Positions 19,862-29,771 are shown, numbered from the stretch's first letter. The stretch is DNA of 64,000 nt from Archangium sp. (GCA_031367385.1 JANLPS010000373.1:18650-82649); one strand, 5' to 3'. Program-made: numbers and translations. Notes: generated by a model from the sequence alone, not told the origin.

Positions 19862-20576
19862 CGTAGAGCTTCTGCGCCAACAGCCAGCGAACGACCGGCG
19901 CGGCCGCCGCGGCTTGGCCCAGCAGCCACGGCACGAGGGCTCTGGTGTGGCGTACCTTCTTGGGTATCTGCTCGGTGCCCAGCGCCAGGCCCTTGAGCTT
20001 GAGCAACTCGAGCCGCGGGTGGTCGAGCGGCACGCCGGGGGGCGCCCGCTTGAGCTTCTCCATCGCGCCCACCGAGAGCCCGGCCTGTTGGGTCGCGGTC
20101 AGTAGTTTTTGCAACGCGACGCCGCTCGTGTCGGCCAGCACCCGGCTGCGCAGGTGCTTGAGCGACTCGGGGTACAGCGCGTACGAGCCCGCGCCCACGG
20201 AGTCTTCGAGGCCGAGCTGCAGGTAGAGCGCGGTCGGGCCTTCGAAGGCGCCCGCCATCAGGCCGAAGACCGCTGACACGTTGGTCTTGTAGGGCGTCTT
20301 GTCGTTCGAGAAGCGCACGTCGCGGTGGAGCCTGAAAATCTTGCCCGGCTTGAGTGTTTTGCCCCGATAGAGCTTGGCCAACGGGGCTTGCAGCTCGGCC
20401 ACCAGGGAGCGCATCGGCTCGGCCCAGAGCGCCTCGAACGCGCCCCGGTTCTCTGCAAACCACTCGCGACGCTGGTTCATCGCCAGGGCGTGAAACCACG
20501 ACACCCCCTCAGCGGGGAAGCCCTTGAACGGGCCAGGCGGGGGGGCAGACTTGGCGGGTTTTTTCGAGGAGGCCAT
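19839..20576 (-). CDS. DUF2461 family protein
   Basis: FKGFP...NQRREWF and FRLHRDVRFSNDKTPYKT signature. Confidence 0.88.
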   Translation of the reverse strand: MASSKKPAKSAPPPGPFKGFPAEGVSWFHALAMNQRREWFAENRGAFEALWAEPMRSLVAELQAPLAKLYRGKTLKPGKIFRLHRDVRFSNDKTPYKTNVSAVFGLMAGAFEGPTALYLQLGLEDSVGAGSYALYPESLKHLRSRVLADTSGVALQKLLTATQQAGLSVGAMEKLKRAPPGVPLDHPRLELLKLKGLALGTEQIPKKVRHTRALVPWLLGQAAAAAPVVRWLLAQKLYVSAPPQR

Positions 20577-20596
20577 GACGAGCTGCGCTCTCGCGC

Positions 20597-21100
20597 TTAC
20601 CGGCCGCCCATGCGCAGACGCATGACGACGCTCTCGGGCAACAAGAAGCGCAGGTGTGCGTTGCCCAACCGAATGATGCCTCCGTCGTTGACGACCTTGC
20701 GCTGCCGGGCGCCGAGCGGCTCGCCATCGACGAAGGTGCCATTCTTGCTGTCGGCGTCGCAGAGTGACCACTGCTGAGAGCGTTCGTCGTACTGCAGCCA
20801 GGCGTGAAAGCGGCTCACGCTCGAGTCATCGATGGCGATGTCGTTGGTCTCGACGCGCCCCAGCGTGACGCCCATGGTGAACGGGTTCTGTACGCCCGCG
20901 CGCTTCTCGACCAAGAACAACATCGGGTCGCGCCCGGTCTCGAGCTTGCCGACGCTGGCCGAGCCGGTCAGCGCCCACGCGTCGCCGCTGTGCTCGTCGC
21001 CAGTGGCCTCGAAGACCAACATCGGCACCTTGACGGAGCGCTCGGTCGCCAAGGCATCTTTCCGCCAACGGTCGACGAACTCGCTGAGGTGGAGCGTCAT
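20597..21100 (-). CDS. FHA domain protein
   Basis: LGR...NDI.IDDSSVSRFHA and SKNGTFVDG. Confidence 0.9.
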   Translation of the reverse strand: MTLHLSEFVDRWRKDALATERSVKVPMLVFEATGDEHSGDAWALTGSASVGKLETGRDPMLFLVEKRAGVQNPFTMGVTLGRVETNDIAIDDSSVSRFHAWLQYDERSQQWSLCDADSKNGTFVDGEPLGARQRKVVNDGGIIRLGNAHLRFLLPESVVMRLRMGGR

Positions 21101-21212
21101 GACCACAAGCCTAGCGCACGCAGTGTGGAAACGACCGAGGTATCCACCAAGCCGACATCTCCACACCGTGGTTTTTTATTCGGGTGGTGCCAGACCCCAC
21201 TACGCTGCGCCC

Positions 21213-24200
21213 GTGCCCCACGATACCCATCGTCCGATTGGTCACGTCGTCGTTCGCAACCCGCTCCTCCCGTACGACACGCTCGACGCCTTCGCGGCCG
21301 CCGCACGGCAATCGCCCGAGGCGGGGCGCGCATTCTTGCGCACGTTGATCTCGCGACCCGACGTGGCCGAGGCCCTCTATGTCGCTTCTCCCGGGCTGGT
21401 CGAAGGCGTCGAGAAGTGGGTCAAAGAGCCGATGAGCGAGCGGGGGCGCAAGGTCGAGCGCGCGCTGATCAGCTACCTCGAGCGCATGTCGACCCGGTGC
21501 ACGCCGTTCGGGTTGTTCGCCAGCGTGTCGATGGGCAAGGTGGTCGCGAAGAGCAGCCGTACCGAGGTCGCGCCACTCGATGACATTCGTCGGAGAACCA
21601 GGCTCGACAACGGGTACCTGCAGGCGCTCTGCGAGAAGCTGACGCTGCGGCCCGAGGTGCGGCGAGGGCTCAAGTACACTCCCAATGAAACGCTGCACCA
21701 GGTCGGGGAGCGGCTGCATTTCGTCACCGCTCGCCAAGACAGTGGTCGCCGGGTCTACGACTTGAGCGCGGTCGATGCGCTCGAGGCGCTGACCACCCAC
21801 GTGTTGCCGGCGGCGCGGCACGGCGGCACTCCGGCGCAGCTGACCCAGGCGTTGCTTCAGGCGATGCCCGAGCTGAGTCAAGAAGAGGCCTCGGGCTTCA
21901 TTGATCAGCTGATCGACGCGCAGATCATCTTGGGCTCGCTCTCGGTGCCGTTGACCGGGCGCGAGGGCATCGACGCGGTGCTCGAACAGCTGCGCAGCCT
22001 CGAAGGCGTGGGTACCGAGATCAAAGCGCTCGAGGCCATTCGCCTGGCGATCGCCGAAATCGACAAGACCATCAGCAACACCGCGGCGCCCTACGAGGCG
22101 CTGGGCAAGATTCTCGAGCCGCTCGAGATACCCTTCGAGAAGGGGCAGCTGGTGCAGGTCGATTTGGCGCGGCTGGGTGACCGCTTCGAGCTGCCAGAGT
22201 CGCTGATTCGGCAGATGGCCAGGGTGGCCAGCGTGCTCGCGTGCGCGAACCCCGCGGGCGATGACCCGCTGAAGACCTTTCGAGACGCCTTCAGCGCGCG
22301 CTACGAGGGCGCCGAGGTGCCGTTGCTCGAGGCGCTCGATGATGAAGCGGGGGTCGGCTTCACCTCTGAGAATGCCGGTCACGCCGCTCCGCTGCTCAAA
22401 GACGTGCACTTCACCCCTCGCAACCTCGCGACCCAACAGCAAGACCTCGACTGGGACCAATGGGTCGGTGGGCTGATTCTGCAGGCGCAGATCGATGGCA
22501 CCAACGAAATCGTGCTCAGTGAAGCCGACCTCGAGCACCGAGCGCAGCGGTCGAACCCCTTCGCAGAATCGCTGGTGCTCTTCACCACCTTGTTCAATCG
22601 AAAGCCGGGCAGCGCTGACCCGGTCGCCTACGTCTCGGGCATGGGAGGGCCTTCATCTGAGTCATTGTTCGGCCGGTTCGCGTGGCTCGATGAGCGGCTC
22701 GAGAAGGGTGTTCGCGAGGGGCTGGCGGCTGAAGAGAAACTTCGGCCCGAGGCCCGCTTTGCCGAGTTGGTGCATTCTCCAGAGGGCCGGTCGGGCAACG
22801 TCATCGCCAGGCCCGCGGTGCGAGCGCTCGAGATACCCATTCTGTCGCGCGGCGGGCTGCCCGCGTCGCAGACGGTGCGGCTCGATGATCTGCTGCTCTC
22901 GATCAGGCGGGGTCGGCTGGTGCTGCGCTCGGCCTCGCTCGACTGCGAGATCGTGCCGCGCCTGACCAACGCTCACAACTACGCCTTCTTGGGTCTGCCG
23001 CTCTACCGCTTTCTGGCGACGATGCAGGGAGAAGGGCTGCCGCGTGCCGGTCTGTGGTCGTGGGGCAGCCACCGCAGCGCGCCCGTGTTGCCGCGGGTGC
23101 GCGTGGGCAACCTGATCATCGTCTTGGGTCGCTGGGAGCTGGGTGAAGGGCTGCTCAAGTCGCTGAGCACGGTCGCCGCGGTCAAAGCGCTGGCCGCCAA
23201 GCTGAAGTGGCCACGCTTCGTCGTGGCGCGCGAGAACGACAACACCCTCGCCATCGACCTCGAAAACGACCTCTCGGTCGAGACCTTCGTCGACAGCTAC
23301 AACCACCGTCCCAAGGCGACCATCGAAGAAGATCTCGACCGCCGCTACGGCAGCCCCTTCGTGAACCACGAGGGCAGCTTCGCCAACGAGGTGCTGGTGC
23401 CGATGGTCGCCAACGAGCGCCGGTACCCCGCGCTGCAGAAGCTGCCCGCCGCCAAGCTCGACCGGGTGTTCATGCCTGGCAACGACTGGCTGTATTTGCG
23501 CGTTCACGTCACGCCAGCGATGGCCGAGCGGGTGCTCACCACCACGGTGCCCGAGGTGCTCGCGTGGGCGCGTGGCACCGGTGAGCTCAAACGCTGGTTC
23601 TTCATTCGCTACGACGAGCAGGGGCATCACCTGCGGCTGCGTTTTCAGGGGCCTCCGGCGTGGCTGCGAGAGCAGCTCTTTCCCAAGCTCGAGGCCGCGG
23701 TGCGCCCGTGGGTTGACGCGAAGATCGTCTCTCGCTTGGTGATTGATACCTACCGGCGCGAGGTCGAGCGCTACGGCGGCCCGCACTCGATGCCGTTGGC
23801 CGAGGCGTGGTTCGAGGCGGCCAGCGACGAGGCGCTCGAGCTGATTCAGCTGTTGCCCCGCGACAGTGATCTCGAGGCGCGCGGGTGGGCGGCCTTCGTC
23901 GGCGTGAATCGAATCATGAGCCTGTTGCTCGACACCGACGAGCAGCGCATCAAGGGGCTCGAGAACTGGCGCACCTCACTGTTCGAAGAGAACGGAGGCG
24001 GCTCGACGCTCGAGACCTCACTCTCGAAGATCGCCCGGTCGCATCGGGCGCTGACCGGGCAACTGGTGACCGGCGCGATGCCCGACACGATGGGCGAGGC
24101 GGCCCCGGTGCTGGCCAGGTACACCGGCGTGCTCTCTGACATCGCCGCGGGGTTCAAGCGCCTCGACGGTGAAAAGGCGTTGACCACCTCGTTGGGCGAA

Positions 24201-24332
24201 ATCGGGGGCGCGTTGATGCACATGCATGTCAACCGGCTGCTCCGCGCTCAACAACGCCGTCAGGAGCTGGTGCTGTACGACCTGCTCGCTCGACACTTGA
24301 AGTCGCAACAAGGGCGAACTCGAAAGGGTTGA
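21213..24332 (+). CDS. lanB: Class I lanthipeptide dehydratase (glutamylation + elimination domains)
   Basis: RMSTRCTPFGLFA, GRF, PRLTNAHN, LYRFL, PRVRVG, WLY, WFFIRY..HLRLRF, YRREVERYGG and HMHVNRL. Probable GTG start 21213 (~1039 aa). Confidence 0.92.
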   Translation: MPHDTHRPIGHVVVRNPLLPYDTLDAFAAAARQSPEAGRAFLRTLISRPDVAEALYVASPGLVEGVEKWVKEPMSERGRKVERALISYLERMSTRCTPFGLFASVSMGKVVAKSSRTEVAPLDDIRRRTRLDNGYLQALCEKLTLRPEVRRGLKYTPNETLHQVGERLHFVTARQDSGRRVYDLSAVDALEALTTHVLPAARHGGTPAQLTQALLQAMPELSQEEASGFIDQLIDAQIILGSLSVPLTGREGIDAVLEQLRSLEGVGTEIKALEAIRLAIAEIDKTISNTAAPYEALGKILEPLEIPFEKGQLVQVDLARLGDRFELPESLIRQMARVASVLACANPAGDDPLKTFRDAFSARYEGAEVPLLEALDDEAGVGFTSENAGHAAPLLKDVHFTPRNLATQQQDLDWDQWVGGLILQAQIDGTNEIVLSEADLEHRAQRSNPFAESLVLFTTLFNRKPGSADPVAYVSGMGGPSSESLFGRFAWLDERLEKGVREGLAAEEKLRPEARFAELVHSPEGRSGNVIARPAVRALEIPILSRGGLPASQTVRLDDLLLSIRRGRLVLRSASLDCEIVPRLTNAHNYAFLGLPLYRFLATMQGEGLPRAGLWSWGSHRSAPVLPRVRVGNLIIVLGRWELGEGLLKSLSTVAAVKALAAKLKWPRFVVARENDNTLAIDLENDLSVETFVDSYNHRPKATIEEDLDRRYGSPFVNHEGSFANEVLVPMVANERRYPALQKLPAAKLDRVFMPGNDWLYLRVHVTPAMAERVLTTTVPEVLAWARGTGELKRWFFIRYDEQGHHLRLRFQGPPAWLREQLFPKLEAAVRPWVDAKIVSRLVIDTYRREVERYGGPHSMPLAEAWFEAASDEALELIQLLPRDSDLEARGWAAFVGVNRIMSLLLDTDEQRIKGLENWRTSLFEENGGGSTLETSLSKIARSHRALTGQLVTGAMPDTMGEAAPVLARYTGVLSDIAAGFKRLDGEKALTTSLGEIGGALMHMHVNRLLRAQQRRQELVLYDLLARHLKSQQGRTRKG

Positions 24333-24344
24333 AGGGGTGAGGTG

Positions 24345-25583
24345 ATGGCGGCCATTGCATGGGAGACCCCCGTCGTGCACGACCCGGGGTCGGTACGGCG
24401 AGCACAGAGCGAGGTCGAGCGGCTGGCGGCCAAGCTCATCGCAGGCTGGGAGCAACACGTCTCGATGTTCGGCCTGATCGAAGGCAAGGTCGGCGTCGCC
24501 TTCACCCTGTTCGAGCTCGCGGCTGCGGGGCTGGCCGAGGTCGACGATCACGCAGAGCGCGCGCTCGTTGCCGCGGTTGAACAGTTCAATTCAAGCGGCG
24601 CCAACCCCGGGCTGCATGCGGGCGTCGCCGGGCTGGGGTGGTTGGTCGACGCGTGGCTCGGCGAAGAAGACCTGTGTGGGCCGATCGACGACTCGCTGCG
24701 CGAGAAGGTGTCGCAGATGAAAAACGAGCCGAACATCGGGCTGCGGTTGGGGCTCTCTGGCATCGGGCTGTACGCGGTGCGCCGGGCACCTCGGGTAGCG
24801 TCAGCACGGCTGCTGCTCGAGGAGATCTCCCAGACCCTGACCAGCTCGGTTCGGCGAGCGCCCGAAGGCCTCACGTGGAACACGTCGGCCGCGTATCTGA
24901 AGGCCCGGGGCGCAGAAGGTTTCTTCGCCACGCCTCAACAGAACATTCGTGAATATGGCTCGGCCCATGGCGTGGCGCCGCTGTGCCTTTTGCTGAGCCA
25001 GCTCGAGAAACTGCGCGTGCCCGCGGCCAGCCCCGTGGTCGAGACGCTGCGCTGGGTCTGGGGGTCGACCAAAGCCGAGCCCAATCGCTTCGGCTACGCG
25101 GTCGGCGATTCGACCCGGGTGCCGCTCAACACCTTCACCTGGTGCACCGGAGACCCCGGCACCGCCTTGCCCTGCTGGCTCGCAGCGACCAGCAGCGATT
25201 TGCACCCCGAGGCTGATCATTTTTTGACCTTCGGCAGGTCGTTGGCTCAGCGAATCGTCGACGGTGAACGGCCCGGCCTGGAAGGGCGTATTGATCTCTG
25301 CTGCGGGCTCTCAGGCGTGCTGCAAGTCTTCTCAGGGTGGGCCGCGATGTCAGGCGACCCGCTTTTTGCCGAAGCCTCGCGGGTGCTGCTGAAGCGGTTG
25401 CTCGACGAGCTCGCCGGGTTTGAGCTGTCTCGAATGAGCCTCGACCTGCAGTTCGGCATCGGCGGCGTCGCGGCGACCCTGTTGGCCCAGGTGAACGGCA
25501 AGGCTCCCTCGTGGGCGGGCCCGCTGGCGATGGTGCTCCCTGACGTCAAGCAGCCCCCGACCCAGAGCCACGGGGGCCCCTGA
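24345..25583 (+). CDS. lanC: Lanthionine synthetase C-like cyclase
   Basis: Seven GxxG-type repeats including GSAHG, WCTG and CCG; 12 bp after lanB with a GAGG RBS. Confidence 0.88.
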   Translation: MAAIAWETPVVHDPGSVRRAQSEVERLAAKLIAGWEQHVSMFGLIEGKVGVAFTLFELAAAGLAEVDDHAERALVAAVEQFNSSGANPGLHAGVAGLGWLVDAWLGEEDLCGPIDDSLREKVSQMKNEPNIGLRLGLSGIGLYAVRRAPRVASARLLLEEISQTLTSSVRRAPEGLTWNTSAAYLKARGAEGFFATPQQNIREYGSAHGVAPLCLLLSQLEKLRVPAASPVVETLRWVWGSTKAEPNRFGYAVGDSTRVPLNTFTWCTGDPGTALPCWLAATSSDLHPEADHFLTFGRSLAQRIVDGERPGLEGRIDLCCGLSGVLQVFSGWAAMSGDPLFAEASRVLLKRLLDELAGFELSRMSLDLQFGIGGVAATLLAQVNGKAPSWAGPLAMVLPDVKQPPTQSHGGP

Positions 25584-25618
25584 GCTTTCAGCCCGGGCTC
25601 GCGCGTCTTGCCCAGTGC

Positions 25619-26572
25619 GTGCGCTGGGCTCTGATCATCGTGGTGGCGGGGTGCGGGTCTGGCTGCCAGGCGCTGGTCGGCGACGTCGTGCCATCGGGCC
25701 TCGACGCGGGGCACGCGGGTGAAGCAGACGCCGCGGTCGACGGGGGTGCGCTGGCCGATGCAGGTGTGCTCGCCGACGCCGGGTCGCTGGTCGATGCGGG
25801 CACGTCGGTTGACGCGGGGCGGTTCTACGGCACCGACCGCGCCCAGTTCTTCGGAGCGCCCCGGTGCAGCCGCGACGTAGTGCTCTGCGACGACTTCGAG
25901 TCGCGAGACGCCGGCGATTTCCCCGACCCGTTGACGTGGAGCCGCAACGCGACCGCCGGCATCACCATCGCCATCGATACGACCCGGGCGGCCCGTGGCA
26001 CCAAATCGGTTCGCTTCACCACGCCCAACGTGCCGAGCGAGGCGTACATTCGCGAGACCAAGTCGTTCGCGGTGACCCACAACGCGTTCTACGGCCGCCT
26101 CTTTTATTACCAGCAGACACCAGGGCCCCAGAAGTTCGCCCACTGGAACGTGATTGAAGCCACCGGGCCCCAGGTCGTCGACGGCGTGCAGATGACCTCG
26201 TTCTACCGCTACGGCGGCGTCTCGCTGGGCGGCATCTTCAACAACTACCTCTTTCAATTCGAGCATCGCCCCCGCGAGCCGAACTACGTCGAGATCGGCC
26301 AAGCCGAAGACAAGCAGCTCGAGCCGCTGGGCCAGTGGGTCTGCCTGGAGTGGTTCTTCGACGGCGACGCGACAGAAGGCCGGCTGTGGAAAGACGGAGT
26401 CGAGCTGCCCGCGCTGCACGCGACGAGCCCTTTCAACGGAGTGAGCTTCACGATGCCGGTCTTCAACGGGCTCAACATCGGCTGGGCGCACTACCAGAAC
26501 CCTGAAGCGGGGTTCGAGGTGTGGGTCGACGAGGTCGCGGTCGATACCCAGCGAATCGGGTGCAACAACTAA
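25619..26572 (+). CDS. Lipoprotein with DAG-repeat linker and Cip1/polysaccharide-lyase-like beta-sandwich
   Basis: VAGC lipobox; LCDDFE, AARGTKSV, GQWVCLEW and VWVDEVAVDTQRIGC. Confidence 0.7.
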   Translation: MRWALIIVVAGCGSGCQALVGDVVPSGLDAGHAGEADAAVDGGALADAGVLADAGSLVDAGTSVDAGRFYGTDRAQFFGAPRCSRDVVLCDDFESRDAGDFPDPLTWSRNATAGITIAIDTTRAARGTKSVRFTTPNVPSEAYIRETKSFAVTHNAFYGRLFYYQQTPGPQKFAHWNVIEATGPQVVDGVQMTSFYRYGGVSLGGIFNNYLFQFEHRPREPNYVEIGQAEDKQLEPLGQWVCLEWFFDGDATEGRLWKDGVELPALHATSPFNGVSFTMPVFNGLNIGWAHYQNPEAGFEVWVDEVAVDTQRIGCNN

Positions 26573-27837
26573 CGGTCGTGATCAGCCACCAGCTCGTGGC
26601 GCCCCAGCAGCCGGTAAAACGCGCTGCGAGCGAGGCCCGCTTCACGCGCGGCGGCCGAGACATTGCCGTGGTGCCGTTCGAGCAACGTTCGCAGGTACTC
26701 ACGCTCGAAGGCATCGAGCACCTTGTGGCGCGCCGCCTGAAACGTGGTGGGGGCGTCGGCGGCGCGCTCGAGCTTCCACTCCCCCAGCGCGAGGGCTCGG
26801 GTCACCGCGTTGCGCAGCTCTCGCACGTTGCCCGGCCACGCCTCGAGCTGCAGCGCCTCGAGCGTCGCGGCCGAGCAGTGCACGCCAATGCCGCGAAATT
26901 GCCGGGCGAACAGCTCAACCAGCAGGGTGATGTCATCGCGCCGTTCACGCAGCGGCGGCAGCACCACCTCGGCCACCGCCAGCCGGTAGTAGAGGTCTTC
27001 GCGGTAGGTGCCTTCGCGCACCGCGAGCGAGAGGTCGCGCTGGGTGCTGGCCAGCAGCCGGGCGGGCGTCTTGCGACGAACGGTGTCACCGACGCGCAGG
27101 TAGTCTCTCGACTCGAGCAGCCGCAACAGGCGAGGTTGCAGCTCGAGGGGCAGCGCCCCGACTTCATCGAGCAACACGGTGCCGTCACCGGCCGATTCGA
27201 TCAACCCGGCCTGATCTCGCTCGGCCCCGGTGAAGGCTCCGCGCACGTGGCCGAAGAGCTGGCTCTCGAACAGCTCGGGGCTGGCCGCGGCGCACTCGAA
27301 GACGACGAAGGGCTTGGCAGCGCGTTGAGAATTCAAGTGCAGCGCTCGGGCCGCGGCCTCTTTGCCGGTGCCGTTCTCGCCGACGAACAACACCGTGGCA
27401 TCGCTCGACGAGAGTCGCTCGAGAGCGGCGAAGACTTGCCGCATCGCGACCGATTGGCCGAGCAGGTCTCCGAAGCTCGAGGCGGTGCTGGGCTCGAGGC
27501 CGTGGTGCGCGATGGCGCGAATGGCCAGGGTCGAGCGGCCGACCGTGACGCTCGCTCCCAGCGGTACCATCGCCTCGGAGACGCGGGCTCCCAAGAACGA
27601 GACGCCGTTGCGGCTGCCCAGGTCGCGCACCCTCACTCGCCCGGCCAACAATTCGAAGCTGACGTGGCGGCGCGAGACCGCGCGATCATCGAGCACCAGG
27701 TCGCACTCGGTGCCGCTGCCGACGAAGAGGGTGCCGCGATCGAGCCGCATCTTCTGGCCTGCCGACGGGCCCGCGACGACTTCGACCCAGATTGGCTCCG
27801 ATTGCCCGTCTTCGGGCGTGAAGGCTTCAGTGCTCAC
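26569..27837 (-). CDS. FHA-domain sigma54-dependent enhancer-binding protein (Fis family)
   Basis: FHA (VSRRH, SRNG), GENGTGKE, GAFTGA, LDEVG, WPGNVREL and C-terminal HTH. Probable GTG start 27837 after GGAG. Confidence 0.92.
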   Translation of the reverse strand: MSTEAFTPEDGQSEPIWVEVVAGPSAGQKMRLDRGTLFVGSGTECDLVLDDRAVSRRHVSFELLAGRVRVRDLGSRNGVSFLGARVSEAMVPLGASVTVGRSTLAIRAIAHHGLEPSTASSFGDLLGQSVAMRQVFAALERLSSSDATVLFVGENGTGKEAAARALHLNSQRAAKPFVVFECAAASPELFESQLFGHVRGAFTGAERDQAGLIESAGDGTVLLDEVGALPLELQPRLLRLLESRDYLRVGDTVRRKTPARLLASTQRDLSLAVREGTYREDLYYRLAVAEVVLPPLRERRDDITLLVELFARQFRGIGVHCSAATLEALQLEAWPGNVRELRNAVTRALALGEWKLERAADAPTTFQAARHKVLDAFEREYLRTLLERHHGNVSAAAREAGLARSAFYRLLGRHELVADHDR

Positions 27838-27840
27838 CGG

Positions 27841-28277
27841 GGGCGCTCCGGAGGGTGCGAGCGAGCTGACAGATTTTCGGCCCTCGCCGAGAGTGCGCGC
27901 CAATGGGGCGGCTCGAAACGCTCTGCGCGGAGGCTTCGCTGATCATCGCGGGCGCTCCCGAGGGTGCGAGCGAGCGGGCAATTCTCGGCCTGCGCCAAGA
28001 GTGCGCCCCGATGTGGGAGCTCGGAACGCAGCGCGCGGGGGCTTCGCTGATCATCGCGGGCGCTCCCGAGGGTGCGAGCGAACGGGCAACTCTCGGCCTT
28101 CGGCGCGAGGCGTGGTGCGCGCCGATGTGGCCTGTTCGAAACGCTCCGCGCGGAGGCTTCGCTGATTATCGCGGCAGCTTTCGAGGGTGCGAGCGAGCGG
28201 GCAATTCGCCGCGAGGCGTGATGCGCCCCGATGGGCCGGCTCGAAACGCACTGCGCGGGGGCTACGCTGATCATCGC
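27841..28277. repeat. Degenerate tandem repeat, 4 units of 109/108/115/105 bp
   Basis: Units start 27841, 27950, 28058 and 28173; shared core GAGGGTGCGAGCGA ... GGCTTCGCTGATCATCGC. Confidence 0.9.
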
Positions 28278-29647
28278 AGCCGCTCCTTGATCACGGCCTT
28301 TTCGCCTGGAGCCAGGTGCAGCGCCTTCGAGACCGTTCGATGGGTCTCGGGGTTGCGCAGCTCGACCACCACCTCGCCGCTCTCGACGGGAAAGAGCGAC
28401 ATCGGCGTTTCACCGAGCAACTTGCCGCCGACATACACCTGTGCCCACGGGTCAGCGTCGACGGTCAAGTACGAGATGCTCGGCGCGACCGTCGGCACCA
28501 GCGGCGCTTGCGGCGCGCCTGGCTTCGCCTCGCTCACGCCCATCAGCATCGCCGCGACCACCGCGACGGCCGTCACCACAGCGGCACCGAGGCCCCAGGC
28601 CAACGGTCGTCGATCGCCACGTCGCAGCCCAGCGACATCTTGGGTCTCAATCGCGTCTCGCCCGGGCCCGATCGGCGAGACCGAGCCCGTCTGTTTGCCG
28701 AGCTCGAGCGTGTGGTTGGTGTGCGCAGACAGCGTGCGCAGCTCTTCGGCGAACGCGCCTTGCACCAACGCGCCCAGGCGCGCGCTCGCGTCAGAGGGCA
28801 CCGGGGGCAGCATCGCTCGCAGCGAGCGTGCATCGGGAGGCCGGCCCGCCGGGTCGCGAACCAACGCGGCGTCAATCGCCCGGCGCATCGCTTCGGGCAC
28901 GCCGTCGGTGCCTGCGGGGTGCCCTTTCAGAATCGCGGCCAACGTCGCCTCCCGGGTGGCTCGCTCGAGCGGCTGCGCCAGCGTCGCGAAGTGCAGCAGC
29001 GTCAACCCGGCGGCGTACAAATCAGCACGGCGATCGACCGGCTTTCCATCGAGCTGCTCGGGCGGCAGATACGCAAGCTTGCCCAGCAGCCGCGGTTGTG
29101 CCGAATCTTCGAGCGTGTCGTTGGCGCGGGCGATACCGAAGTCGGCCAGCTTCACCACGCCATCGAGGCTGATCAGCACGTTCTGCGGAGTCACATCGCG
29201 ATGCACCAACCCCAGCGGCCGCCCATCGGAGCCACGCTGCTCGTGTGCGTGGTGCAGGCCGTCGCACAGCGCCGCTCCGACCGCAGCCAGCAAGCCCTCG
29301 TCAGGCGCCTCGTTGCGTTCTTTGAGCGCGTCGATCAACCGCGAGAGCGAGATGCCCTGCACCAGCTCCATCGCCATGAAGTACCGGCCGTCGACAACGC
29401 CCACATCGAAGATGCTGGTGACGTTGGGGTGATTCATGCGCGCAGCGAGGCGAGCCTCGTCGAGAAACATGCGCACCGCGCGGGCCCGGCTCGAGAGGTG
29501 CGGCAGCAACAACTTGAGCGCGAGGGGCTTCTCGAAGCGGCCGATGCCGGTCTGCACCGCCAAGAACACTTCACCCATGCCGCCGACGCCAAGCCGCTCA
29601 CCCAGCAGATATCGACCGAACGTCAAGCCTGTGCCGCGTGCCACCAC
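28271..29647 (-). CDS. Ser/Thr protein kinase with TM and C-terminal PEGA-like domain
   Basis: LGVGGMGEV, HRDVTPQN, DFG and PEQ; DPWAQVYV...LGETP. Confidence 0.92.
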   Translation of the reverse strand: MVARGTGLTFGRYLLGERLGVGGMGEVFLAVQTGIGRFEKPLALKLLLPHLSSRARAVRMFLDEARLAARMNHPNVTSIFDVGVVDGRYFMAMELVQGISLSRLIDALKERNEAPDEGLLAAVGAALCDGLHHAHEQRGSDGRPLGLVHRDVTPQNVLISLDGVVKLADFGIARANDTLEDSAQPRLLGKLAYLPPEQLDGKPVDRRADLYAAGLTLLHFATLAQPLERATREATLAAILKGHPAGTDGVPEAMRRAIDAALVRDPAGRPPDARSLRAMLPPVPSDASARLGALVQGAFAEELRTLSAHTNHTLELGKQTGSVSPIGPGRDAIETQDVAGLRRGDRRPLAWGLGAAVVTAVAVVAAMLMGVSEAKPGAPQAPLVPTVAPSISYLTVDADPWAQVYVGGKLLGETPMSLFPVESGEVVVELRNPETHRTVSKALHLAPGEKAVIKERLR

Positions 29648-29771
29648 GGGCGCGATGGTGCAGTGCACAAGAGCCGCTTGTCTACGGGTGATCGCCAAGT
29701 AAGCCGTAAGTGAATCTGATGCCCTCGAGCGTTCTCGCCAAGGCCGTTGCTTCTGGCTACACCCGGCCCTC

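Noticed and set aside
20832..21212. N-terminal extension of LanB in the ORF track
   Set aside because: It overlaps the FHA gene on the opposite strand; LanB-like sequence begins near GTG 21213.
27834..28274. Repeat-encoded ORF as the missing LanA precursor
   Set aside because: Units change reading frame, the product is Arg/Pro/Ala-rich with no leader motif, and it lies on the opposite strand 2.3 kb from lanC.
27841..28277. CRISPR array
   Set aside because: The variable parts are homologous to one another, the period is ~108 bp and there are no cas genes.
27903..29432. Long antisense ORFs (509 aa here; similar ones at 21111-22538, 26521-27942 and 17300-18580)
   Set aside because: Typical high-GC antisense shadows of well-supported genes, with no recognisable motifs.
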